From the IMG/VR virus record IMGVR_UViG_3300027769_000034, positions 1 through 61,275 of that record: 61,275 nucleotides of DNA, one strand, 5' to 3'. This document shows, piece by piece, positions 36,301 to 45,378 of the stretch. A program made the position numbers and the translations under genes. The notes beneath the pieces are model-generated. The model searched no databases and was not told the DNA's origin. It saw only the letters and a list, made by a program, of their open reading frames with translations. The number at the start of each line of letters is the position of its first letter. The stretch's first letter is position 1. The DNA comes from a virus (lineage: Duplodnaviria > Caudoviricetes).

Positions 36301-39300
36301 CTGGTATAGAGCCTTTTCAGGGTACCAGTTAACAGCTTGGAGGTCAGCAATAGTAATGTTGATTCCGTACTTTTCCTTGAGTTCTTTCTGAACTTCGTTG
36401 AACACATCAATGATGAATGAGCGCTGATTACCACCACTTGGTGCTTCAACTTCACCAGACAAGTTCTTTGAGTAGTTGTTTCCGGCAAGACGTACCTCGT
36501 TGAGCTCCTTGGTAGCTGAAATCTCAGCACGCTTGTCAGCGTCGATAGACGCCTTATTAATTGCGTTAGCCTTCTCCTCAAGGGTCATCTTACCGAAGCC
36601 CGGAATAACCTTACCCAAAACAGCCTTATCCTTAGTGCTAAGAGTGCTGATTGCATTCTTAAGGCGAGTCTTTCCTGCTGCTAGCTTGGCTGGGTCACGC
36701 TTGATAAGTGTTCCAGTTAGACGGCCAAACTGACGCATAAACCAACGGTCCATAGTCAGCTGGTCGAACTCTCCGTTGAGATTCATATAGAACCCGTTTC
36801 CAATCTTAGGACCGAAGATAGCAGCTCCGTATACCTCAGTGTCTACAGTGAATCCGCTGAGAAGGCTTTCAGACTTGCCATTCTTGATATACTTCAGGTC
36901 TCCGGCACGGAACTTAGAAGTCAAGAACGAAGAGAACTCATCCATCGACATACGCTCAAGGACGGTGTTAACCATCTTAAACGTAGACTTAATCCCAGCG
37001 CTCTGCGTTCCGATAGACGTGTTGCTGTCGAACTTACCGTTCTTCTTGTAGTACTCGTACTGGCGGTCAGCCTCTTCGAAGTTTGCAGCTACCTTGTTAC
37101 CGTTAGACGTGATAGCAAGAGCAATCTTAAATGCGTCAGCAGCATTCTTGTCCGTGTTAAGCTCCGGATGAATGAGAGCCATAATCTCCATTGCAGCACG
37201 AGTCTTGTAGTCGTACCATCCTAGAGCGTCAGGGTAAGCCTCGATAGCTACAAGTGTCTCGTAGGTATATGCGTCAACTAAGTAACGCTTCAGGCCTTCG
37301 TCAATAGCTTTCTTGCCGCGGCCACCTACTTCGAATGACGTGATTCCGTACTTCTTCTTAAGCTCCTTTTCGTACATCTTAAAGCGCTTCTGAAGCTCCT
37401 CTTTGAAGATGATTTTGTTTGGGAAGCTAGAAGCAGCAGCGAAGGAAACAGCATTATTAATGGTGTTGAGACCTTCAGTCACTTCAGCAGGAATGTTGTC
37501 AAAGTTGGTGATGGCAAAGCTTACATCAGCGTTGTTCACCGTCTTATTAATCATATCCTCGTAGATAGCTGTTGTCTCTGGCATACTACGGAATACGTAC
37601 GGGATAGGAATGACGTTTTCGTCATCTTGCGTTACTCCGACAGGGAAGTAGTTACCGAACAGACGCTGAGCGAACATACGGTATACTCCACGACGAAGCT
37701 CACCATCGCTACGCTTAGCAGTGTCTGCTTCAAGAGGGGTAAACGAAATTGTACGTACGTCACGCTCAGGGAACATACGACCGATGGCTTTGATTACCTC
37801 CGGCATAACAGACAGTGCTGCCCCAGGGTCTTTTAGATTATATCCAGTTGTATTTGAGTGGAATGATACATTAACATCTCCATCAAGGAACATACCGTTT
37901 ACAGTGTACGTATCATTCAGTTTTGGGATAAACACTTCTACTCTGGAGGTAGCAAGGCCCTCAGTGCCTTTGATTTTGATTCGCTCTACCCTAGTGTTAC
38001 TTCGTAAATCACTAATAAAATTAGAAGCTATCTTAGCATATGCCCTGTAATCGATGAGGTTAGAGTCGAATGCATTGTATAGCGAAGCATTTTCGACCTG
38101 TTGGAAATTAAGCTGAGACAGAGTTGTGCGAACCTTGTAGTCTGGAGATAGATTAGTACGTTTTAACGATACGGTCTTATTGCCAACAAGAAACTCTAAT
38201 TCTGACATACTTTTTGGGAGTCTGTCAAGGTTTCTCATAGATGGGTATACATTATTGACATCAAATGACTTATCGCTACTGCGTAAGATGAAGTCAGTTA
38301 TCAAAGATGATATCGCACCTAATCCCATACTTGCCTCCTCTAAGGTTGTCCTTGAATCGCGACTTTTGTCATCAAGCCTATCACTGATATACGAAACAAC
38401 AAAAAACCCGCCGCTGTCGCCTGGGTCACTCCAGTAGTCAATAAATCCATTTACTACATTTAAGAAGATATCCAGTTCCCTTTCAGCAGTGTATACCATT
38501 AAGTTGCTGGCTGTTAATCCAGTACTAGCTATATATTCCTCCGCTTCTTTCTTTGTGTTAGCTAAGATGTCCTTTAGCTCTTCTAATTTCTCGTTTACTA
38601 GTCTTTTTGATTCCTCTAAAGATTCAATATCGGAAGGGAATTCTGAAATGTCCCACGCAAGATATGGGGTACGAAGGATTCTATAGAAAGTAAACGAATC
38701 AAAATCGTCAGGGTCTACGTTGGCTCTTGCTTCTAGCGCTATGCCTATTAATGACTTATCTGGAGCGTCTAACTCAACAACAGCTGAGAGTAAATCATTA
38801 GCGAATGACTTGTTAATAGCATATGGACTATATTGTGGAGATACGTCGAGCAGAACCTCACTATCTTCATATACGGTCGAAATAAGGTCATTTAATTCAT
38901 TTAGGCCAATCTGAAGAGCTGTTGGAGTTGCGCCAAGCTGTCCGCCGCGTAAGTACTCAGACTTTATGCGCTTAGCTACTTCGGTTCCTGCGTAGATTTC
39001 ACGGGCCGGGTTGACAAGCAACTCCATAACTCCGTCCATCTTGGTGCTAGGGAAGATGTCAGTGATATCGATACCGATAGCCTCACCGATAAGCTTCTTG
39101 TTGCTATCCCAGTTCTTACGAAGAGCCTCGAAGTCTGTTTCGTTGGTCTTGAAGAACTCGACCATCTTGTTGTCAAGGACGTTGCGGATAGCCAAGCGCT
39201 TGATGAAGTCTTCATATCCTCCCAAGAACTCTTGCTTGGTCTGCCTGTCACGGAGCTCAGCTTGGTACTTGTTCGTTACTTCTTTAATCTCAGTCTCAAC

Positions 39301-42300
39301 AAGCTCAGGGAACTGCTTAGCCGTCTGGTCCAAAAGACCACGATACAGAGCCATATTCTCCTTAGCGGCAAGCGTAGAGAAAGCATTAGCGAAGTATCCG
39401 AATGCTTGATTAAGTTCTTTGTCTTTGGCTACATTGAAGATGACGTAGTCTTTTGACTCATCAAACGACGTCACTCCATTTGCAGAGAACAGAATCTCTT
39501 TGCTGTAGTTAAACTTCTCAGCAAGCAATTGAAGCATCGTAGCTTGCGAGCGCAAGTGCGGGTCATTGACTGAATCAAAGAACTCTACGTATGACTGTCC
39601 TTCGGGTGCAGTAATTGAAAAGTCAATCTGGTTAGTCAAGCCATCCTCTAGAGCCTGGTAATTCATACGAGTGCCCCAGTCGTAATCTACCTTGAACGCA
39701 GTAAGCTTACCATCTTTGGTACGCATAGCAGAGAAGTAGTCTGACTCGGTATCATTGTAGTTTACTCCGTATACGTTCCCGTTTTTATTTCTAGGAACAA
39801 ATGAGCCATCAAAGTAAATGAAGCCAGCACTATGGGCAACAGCAGCTTGGTTGAATCTCTTAGCAAACGCCACTGCATCATCGCTAGATAGTCTTGGAAC
39901 CAGGTAGCTGTTCTCTGCAATACCTTCGAACTTACCAAGAATTGGTATAACACTGTAGCCCTTCTCCTCTAGCCAGGTCTTAGCCTCACGGTTGAATCTG
40001 TCTCTTACCTCTGCAGGGAACTTGGTTCCTCTTGGGTTCTGCCCGGTAACCATACCGAACTTGCCTGTAGCGATAACTCTGCGGAGCTCTTTCTCTGTTA
40101 GGTCAGAAGCCTCTAATCCTTCCAGCATATCAGGAGAGAACAGCTCACCAACAGGCTTGTAGTCTCTCCATCCTTTGTTCGCAATCTTAACTTCTACGCC
40201 AAGCTTCATAGCCGTATTAAAGGCTCTAGCTACAGTGTATAGGTCGTCATCGGTAGATATGCTAACGTCACGAATTCCAGCTCTAACGAGGAGTTGATTC
40301 AGTAGGTCCTTTACCTTTTGAATGAATCCTTTATCAAGCTGCTTGAAGCGCTGTTCATCTCCCATACGAGCAAAGAACTCAGTGATTGCCTCTCGCTGCA
40401 TTGTGCGGCTGTCTGCGCCCATAGCGATGTACGGGTCAAGGAAGCTATCAAAGATTCTTTGTGCGTCAGGAGACGAGCTGTAAAGCTCTACAATGCTGTC
40501 GTACAGATATTGTCTGAAGCTGTTGGGAATAACCTGAGGCTGTCCTACTTCGTCAAGAACTTGATTTCCGTTCTCGTCAAGTACCGGCTTGTCTTCAAAG
40601 ATTAATGCATCAATGACAGGGTGAATCGCTTCGTGGCGAGCCTTAGTTGTAGCAAACTCAATGTACTTAGCGTCGTATGTCTGCTTAGCTTGGAATGCTG
40701 CAGTTCTGTCTTTGAACGTAGAAACTACCTGACCACCGTATTTCGGGTCAACAAGAGCATATTTACCATCCTCTGTCTTCACAACTTTAGCAGTATCTGC
40801 CGCAGTAGGAATGTAGACGTGGAACTTCTTATTGGTCTTGTCGTAGAATCCGTCAATTACAGCACGAGGATTTCTTTTCTTTTGAGCCTTCGTAGCCTCG
40901 TTTACGTTAGCGATTGACTCTTGGCTGTAGTGGAACACTACCTTACCGCCTTGAACTACCGCTCTGGTAGCGGAGAAGATATTGTTCATCACTCTCGCCA
41001 AGCCTTCGGTTACTACCTTGCCAGGTACGATTGCTCCGACGCTAAATTCCTCAGATGCACCTTTCGACGCATCCATACGAGTAGCCTCTTCAGCTTGAGT
41101 TACTTCAGGCCCTTCTTCTGTAGGTACTTGAAGAACTCCACTTGCTTCAATCGTTTCTTGGCCTGCTCCTTGCTGAGGTCCGGCTTGCTGAGGGGCTTGC
41201 CCTTGGAAGACACTACTTGATACCCCTGTTTTTTGCGTACTATCATATCTACTTTCGATTTCTAGTTTTCTGTTGAACAGATTTCTAATCTCAGCCTCAA
41301 GGACTGAGCGAACTTCGTTTGAACGAGTCTTTTTATACTGCTGTACTTTAGTGCCAATCTGTGCGTGGAGGTTCAGGATTTCGTTAGCGTCAGCATACTC
41401 CATACCAGAGTAAAACTCAAAGTCCTTACGCTCCTGGTCTGCAATTGCTGAATCAACGTCCTCGAGGGCCTTCATCAATACTTTTCTTTCAGACTGAGGA
41501 AGATTCTCGGCAGCTAGAGCTTCCGTGATTTTTCCTTTCTCTTCTGCCAACTGACGATTTCTTTCGAACTCCTTAGTCTTCGCCATCTTCCACGGGGTGG
41601 TAGCAATGGCCGACTCAATAATGGAAGGAGCGTAAGTTGCAGTAACATTCAAGCTAGGAGCGAGGAATCCAACAGCAATAGAAGTCAATGGGTCTGTAGC
41701 AGTTGGGAGCTTGCCATCAATGACATACTTAGCTAGCGCGTCAGCATAGAAGTTAATCGTCTCTTCGAAAGCCTCAGGAGTCCCAATCTGACCCATATCT
41801 TTCACGTACTGCTTGAGCGTACCAGAGAAAGACTTCAATGCTGTTTCTCTTGCAGCACCATCTAGGCCTTTAGATACCAGCTTAAGGTCGTCGATGTTGA
41901 GGGCTTCAGTAATGGTGTTAGCTGCAGTTCCTACAGAAGCGTAGAAGATTTTATCTGCAACAGAAAGGTCAGCTCTGTTCTTGACAGCGTCCCATCCTTG
42001 CTGAGCAGACAATGTGGCCATTGCTCCAAACATTACAGGGCTTTCAGCCACATTCGTAGCTACGTTATTGTAAACCTTGTTTACGATTGCTTTTGCACCT
42101 TGCTGCTCAGAAGCCAAGAATGCCTGACCAAGCTTAGTTGATGAGGCAACAGAACCAACACCGTATAGGGCTCCGATAGCTTGACTGAACATAGCAGCGT
42201 CACCTACCATAATGCCAAGTGACTTGTATCCTGCTTCAACGTCGCCTTCCGCAATGAGAGAGAATGGGTCCTTGTCTTGCTGTGCCGGAGTTAGGCCAAT

Positions 42301-43269
42301 ATTCTCAAGGTTTACGCCGCGCTGAAAACGCATAGCTTCAGACAGTGAACGAGCGCCGCTATAGATTGCTTCAGCCGTTTCAGGAATTACTCCTTCGTAT
42401 TCTCCTTCTTGTGTAGCAGCAAATGGCTCAGTAATGAATTGAGCTACGTCAGCAAGCATCGAGGTAAGACCAGACCCCACTGCAACAGCTGCATTTGCAG
42501 CCGAGCTAACCAACGGAATGTTTCCAAACTTAGAAATCTCCTTGAACTCTCCTTCGTATTGCTTTTGGATATCAATAGCACGCTGAGCCATACGCTGGTC
42601 CTGCTCCATAGCAGGAAGCACGGAGATTGCGTCCTGGATGTATTTTACCTCACTTACTGGAGTCTCTTGAGCTTCGCCCTTCTCGTTGTATTTTACAAAC
42701 GCCTCAGGAGCTAATTCTGGATGTAGCTGTTGCTTTATCTGAGCAGACTGCTCGATGAGCTCATTCTCTCTCTGCTTTTGAGCTTGGAACTCAGGGTCAA
42801 GGTATGGGTCCTTTCCTGCTTGCTTGTTTGCAATGTAAATTCCAGCAGACTTCTTTCTCTGCTCAGACAGTTGAGAAGCAATGACTTCGTTGTCTGATAC
42901 AAGTTTCTTCTTCTCCTCAATAGATACAGGAGCTACGCCAGTCGTCGCAAACTGAAGCGCACCCATTGCTGGGCCAACGCTGCCAGCCGTGATATCAACC
43001 TTGAGGCCTGGCTTAGGGACTTGCGTAGAAGGCTCCGATACGGATTTTCCAACGCGAGGACCAGCCGATACCGATACCCCAGAATCCACCTTTGGTTTCG
43101 ATTCGGACGTAGGGACCGCTTGGGATTTTTTTTTTTGATTATACAGGGCCTCGGCAGCTTTAATTTCTGCAGCGGAGAATCCTTCTTCACCAAGTACTTT
43201 AGAGATGTAATTAAAATCTCTACCTCTTTCTATTCCAAGCGATACTAGCCCGTCGAGTTCTTCGTTCAT
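33373..43269 (-). CDS. Giant polyvalent / probable ejected virion protein (3298 aa)
   Basis: HEAIH zincin motif, DUF3293-like segment, glycosylase-like segment; last of the tail/ejection block. Confidence 0.8.
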   Translation of the reverse strand: MNEELDGLVSLGIERGRDFNYISKVLGEEGFSAAEIKAAEALYNQKKKSQAVPTSESKPKVDSGVSVSAGPRVGKSVSEPSTQVPKPGLKVDITAGSVGPAMGALQFATTGVAPVSIEEKKKLVSDNEVIASQLSEQRKKSAGIYIANKQAGKDPYLDPEFQAQKQRENELIEQSAQIKQQLHPELAPEAFVKYNEKGEAQETPVSEVKYIQDAISVLPAMEQDQRMAQRAIDIQKQYEGEFKEISKFGNIPLVSSAANAAVAVGSGLTSMLADVAQFITEPFAATQEGEYEGVIPETAEAIYSGARSLSEAMRFQRGVNLENIGLTPAQQDKDPFSLIAEGDVEAGYKSLGIMVGDAAMFSQAIGALYGVGSVASSTKLGQAFLASEQQGAKAIVNKVYNNVATNVAESPVMFGAMATLSAQQGWDAVKNRADLSVADKIFYASVGTAANTITEALNIDDLKLVSKGLDGAARETALKSFSGTLKQYVKDMGQIGTPEAFEETINFYADALAKYVIDGKLPTATDPLTSIAVGFLAPSLNVTATYAPSIIESAIATTPWKMAKTKEFERNRQLAEEKGKITEALAAENLPQSERKVLMKALEDVDSAIADQERKDFEFYSGMEYADANEILNLHAQIGTKVQQYKKTRSNEVRSVLEAEIRNLFNRKLEIESRYDSTQKTGVSSSVFQGQAPQQAGPQQGAGQETIEASGVLQVPTEEGPEVTQAEEATRMDASKGASEEFSVGAIVPGKVVTEGLARVMNNIFSATRAVVQGGKVVFHYSQESIANVNEATKAQKKRNPRAVIDGFYDKTNKKFHVYIPTAADTAKVVKTEDGKYALVDPKYGGQVVSTFKDRTAAFQAKQTYDAKYIEFATTKARHEAIHPVIDALIFEDKPVLDENGNQVLDEVGQPQVIPNSFRQYLYDSIVELYSSSPDAQRIFDSFLDPYIAMGADSRTMQREAITEFFARMGDEQRFKQLDKGFIQKVKDLLNQLLVRAGIRDVSISTDDDLYTVARAFNTAMKLGVEVKIANKGWRDYKPVGELFSPDMLEGLEASDLTEKELRRVIATGKFGMVTGQNPRGTKFPAEVRDRFNREAKTWLEEKGYSVIPILGKFEGIAENSYLVPRLSSDDAVAFAKRFNQAAVAHSAGFIYFDGSFVPRNKNGNVYGVNYNDTESDYFSAMRTKDGKLTAFKVDYDWGTRMNYQALEDGLTNQIDFSITAPEGQSYVEFFDSVNDPHLRSQATMLQLLAEKFNYSKEILFSANGVTSFDESKDYVIFNVAKDKELNQAFGYFANAFSTLAAKENMALYRGLLDQTAKQFPELVETEIKEVTNKYQAELRDRQTKQEFLGGYEDFIKRLAIRNVLDNKMVEFFKTNETDFEALRKNWDSNKKLIGEAIGIDITDIFPSTKMDGVMELLVNPAREIYAGTEVAKRIKSEYLRGGQLGATPTALQIGLNELNDLISTVYEDSEVLLDVSPQYSPYAINKSFANDLLSAVVELDAPDKSLIGIALEARANVDPDDFDSFTFYRILRTPYLAWDISEFPSDIESLEESKRLVNEKLEELKDILANTKKEAEEYIASTGLTASNLMVYTAERELDIFLNVVNGFIDYWSDPGDSGGFFVVSYISDRLDDKSRDSRTTLEEASMGLGAISSLITDFILRSSDKSFDVNNVYPSMRNLDRLPKSMSELEFLVGNKTVSLKRTNLSPDYKVRTTLSQLNFQQVENASLYNAFDSNLIDYRAYAKIASNFISDLRSNTRVERIKIKGTEGLATSRVEVFIPKLNDTYTVNGMFLDGDVNVSFHSNTTGYNLKDPGAALSVMPEVIKAIGRMFPERDVRTISFTPLEADTAKRSDGELRRGVYRMFAQRLFGNYFPVGVTQDDENVIPIPYVFRSMPETTAIYEDMINKTVNNADVSFAITNFDNIPAEVTEGLNTINNAVSFAAASSFPNKIIFKEELQKRFKMYEKELKKKYGITSFEVGGRGKKAIDEGLKRYLVDAYTYETLVAIEAYPDALGWYDYKTRAAMEIMALIHPELNTDKNAADAFKIALAITSNGNKVAANFEEADRQYEYYKKNGKFDSNTSIGTQSAGIKSTFKMVNTVLERMSMDEFSSFLTSKFRAGDLKYIKNGKSESLLSGFTVDTEVYGAAIFGPKIGNGFYMNLNGEFDQLTMDRWFMRQFGRLTGTLIKRDPAKLAAGKTRLKNAISTLSTKDKAVLGKVIPGFGKMTLEEKANAINKASIDADKRAEISATKELNEVRLAGNNYSKNLSGEVEAPSGGNQRSFIIDVFNEVQKELKEKYGINITIADLQAVNWYPEKALYQTFQEGRDEDFGATETSDNEQPDYENAAIGLALKRGINNEQIENARRATERGERIAVSVGQRASLIGRDNTKASAEEIRRRILSVKAGEEQRVDFSISVEAPEFEAPKNKIRQFAERMADSNIKLYADIIENPNNYYTPQKLEDIQGRLALMTVPELLNEMTTDKVNELSASIKVDLYDEDNVTVLLGAELIKRYSAEGDEAKLLDMIERMSKMGTTVGRMLRHFGEIKNSTHLGIVQTVVVMAQRAGRRLTESQMVKLNDLAVKLFNLQTEANTLMYTAMHSPSKELDQQIKNKEKELKAATKNLDDFIMTAIPKATMDIFGALVKGNLLTPISQSVNVFANLANVATRQFLVAPVASVIDFVRAFTSGKNREITPSVGAFIFGVKRAAFMGVPEAVEYIFKGTRPTEETFQYESRQGFIPLQAIVAAFSDTKIAAAINKAAGKEVIKGDQLARLQDGSIAISDRLKKITEGTFGIAPEVMFRLLTLGDRPFARFAEGVEIYRRGKKLGLKGEALDNFVKHPDPVTIKAGREAGREITYQADTSFSIAVQTILSQLSKTRLGSFLTTIIVPFSKTPSNIIYDTLNYVAPPVAIGRAVIAAKNRRYDDFSTLLAKSAVGFSIYAVADFLIKNGLATAGIGDDEKKERELFYAQFPYNSINVSALMRKLKGEDATLNVEEDVFIDYSKAGPIGAIIGARASYWANKEVKPTSVAEEAEAYSEMATLYLSEMLGTTMSSFQFMAQQSFLANTNQILELLTTQGEINPDYILTSLFRTTSAAVLPNSLSALNRTTRTKLPDLYDKNSLYNSLTNVIKDRTFSTDDVPVRYNIWGEGIEQTPQGANPVLFHLFDPVKYQKRIYEPHKQEVFRLYETLGQDTRVIPGYPRELDSRKFKDEETGIEYTFTNEEVNDMIRALAEERTKRMKELIAQDWYQSYPDEDKAYELEYLYKDISKNGEWKQLLYNYKEVAKQQNRIKE

Positions 43270-43304
43270 TGTTGTGGCTTTACAAGTACAAATATAAGAA
43301 AACC

Positions 43305-44522
43305 TTACATTCTACCTGCGGCACGGGTAGCTCTATTGGTAGCTCCCTTTACGCCTTTCAAGCCAAGTACGCCAACAACATAGTCAGACTGCGAGCTATT
43401 GAGTTCAATGATTTCTTCTTCTACGAAACTCTTAGAACCTTGACGCTTAGTCGTTGCAGAGAATCCGTACCATTTTCCGTCCGGAGTCTTGTACGCGTTG
43501 TAGATTGTCTTAGCTCCAATTTTGATTGGAGTTGCAAGCGTGTATTGCGTAGTGTTCGCGATAGCTGTTCCGTCGTCTAGCGTAATCGTAGTAGTAGACT
43601 GAGTGAACTTAGGAGCCTTCTCTGATGATGAGCCAGCAGCCTTAGAGGCAGCCATTCTCTGACTAGCCTGCCAAGCAGCATTTGCAGCACCAATGGAGTT
43701 ATTCAGGTAGTAATTTTTAGCCTCATTGAACAGCTCCTCATCCTGCAAAATGATATCTTTTTCTTGAATGATTTTACTTTGACCAATATCGGTTGGAGTC
43801 TTGTCTTTCAACAGGTATGAAATAGCAATTTCTTCTGGAGAAACACGTCCAAGCTTGACGTCTTCATTGAACTGCTTAGTGACAAACTTACCAAGCTCGT
43901 CAGCGTTTTTAGCTGTTGCGAAGATGTTATCGTAATTACCCTGCCAAGCCTTCGGGTCAATGTTCTTTCCCCACTCAATGGCATCAGTAAAGATTAGGTA
44001 GTTCTGAGGGTTAAGGTCCCCAATGCTCAGCGGTGAAGCTAGGCCTCCATCATCAGTTTTAATCAGAGGATAACCATTTTCATTAAACGCAATGTTGTAT
44101 GGAGACTGAGTCTTTTGCTGGTAGAGCTGCTTTCCAGTTTCCTCGTCAACGCTTAGCCCCATCCATAGGCGCTTGCTTCCTTCAATCATAGCTTGGTTAG
44201 CAGACGTTGTGGCCAGCTTACCAGAATCCACGAAAGCCTTAAGCTCTTGAGCCTGGCGACGTGCCTCGTTTACCTTCTCTACGTTATTTGAGTAGAAGCC
44301 CTCAGACATATTTGACTTAATAGCGTCAATCCAAGGCTTAGCAACTTGCTGCATATTCGGAGCTAGTCCAGAGATGGACACGTCCATAATGCCAGTTGCA
44401 TCAACAGCTTTCTCAGTGTTGGCAATCTTATTCAATACACGAGCCTCACGCTCCCGGAACGGTTTAGAAGCCAATTCAGATAGACTCTCTGTCCTGATGG
44501 GCTTGTATATAGATTGTGCCAT
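43305..44522 (-). CDS. Probable internal virion/ejection protein
   Basis: Position between tail genes and giant protein. Confidence 0.55.
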   Translation of the reverse strand: MAQSIYKPIRTESLSELASKPFREREARVLNKIANTEKAVDATGIMDVSISGLAPNMQQVAKPWIDAIKSNMSEGFYSNNVEKVNEARRQAQELKAFVDSGKLATTSANQAMIEGSKRLWMGLSVDEETGKQLYQQKTQSPYNIAFNENGYPLIKTDDGGLASPLSIGDLNPQNYLIFTDAIEWGKNIDPKAWQGNYDNIFATAKNADELGKFVTKQFNEDVKLGRVSPEEIAISYLLKDKTPTDIGQSKIIQEKDIILQDEELFNEAKNYYLNNSIGAANAAWQASQRMAASKAAGSSSEKAPKFTQSTTTITLDDGTAIANTTQYTLATPIKIGAKTIYNAYKTPDGKWYGFSATTKRQGSKSFVEEEIIELNSSQSDYVVGVLGLKGVKGATNRATRAAGRM

Positions 44523-45367
44523 TACTTGCTGTTGAATTTCTTAATTAGCGACTTTACGTAGCTGTGCAGTTTGTCCTTGTCTCCGTTAGAAACAAAGTCC
44601 TTAATCTTACCCATCTGCTTAGGGTTGAAGATGTACTCTCCTCCGGTCATCTCGCCAATCTTAGCTCCACCTTTTACAATGTCAATTGGGTTCTTTTCGT
44701 GAGAAAACTTTCCAGGGGTTTTGATTACTCCACCATCCTTAATAAACATAGCTGCGGCATTTGCCGTACCGCTAACAACTTGCCCGATACCTTCTCCAAT
44801 TGCAGCTCTAGCGTCAGCATATTTCTGGCGCTCAAATCCGAGGTCTCCTTGGAATCTCGTCTCCTTAGCCATAGTTTCTCTTTCTCTTGCAGCTCCAAGT
44901 TGAGTTGTAGCAGCCATACGCTTATTAGCAGCATCAAGGCTGATTTCTTGCATTGCTCTATCGGCACCAGACTGGAGAGCTCCAACAGAACCGATAAGTG
45001 CGCGACCGCCTAGCTGACCTGCTGTCTGCAAAGACTGAGATACGTTTCTAGCTACAGTTTCTTTTTGAAGGTCAATTAGTCTCTGGTCGTATGCCATCTT
45101 CTGAGCCTCGTAGTACTGGCTAGGCGTAGTGAGAACCGGAGCAGACTTCTTAAGTCTTTCAATCTCAGCCTTAGCTTGTTTTGATTGACGAATCCCTTCG
45201 ATGATATTGTAAGCACCAACCCCAACATCTGCGATACCGCCGATTCCAGCAGAAATCTGGCTAGCCTTTTGCGCTGCCGCTAGGTCAGCAGACATACTAC
45301 TTGTACCAACTGCCGGAACGGCCGCTGCTGCAGCACCACCTTCTTGATATTTTTTAACGCTTCTCAT
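44522..45367 (-). CDS. Probable internal virion/ejection protein
   Basis: Ala/Gly/Gln-rich helical; KKYQEGG and GE.TGGEYI motifs. Confidence 0.55.
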   Translation of the reverse strand: MRSVKKYQEGGAAAAAVPAVGTSSMSADLAAAQKASQISAGIGGIADVGVGAYNIIEGIRQSKQAKAEIERLKKSAPVLTTPSQYYEAQKMAYDQRLIDLQKETVARNVSQSLQTAGQLGGRALIGSVGALQSGADRAMQEISLDAANKRMAATTQLGAARERETMAKETRFQGDLGFERQKYADARAAIGEGIGQVVSGTANAAAMFIKDGGVIKTPGKFSHEKNPIDIVKGGAKIGEMTGGEYIFNPKQMGKIKDFVSNGDKDKLHSYVKSLIKKFNSK

Positions 45368-45378
45368 ATAATACAAAA

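Noticed and set aside
33373-43269. crAss-like virion RNA polymerase
   Set aside because: No DxDxD catalytic motif in an RNAP-like context was recognised.
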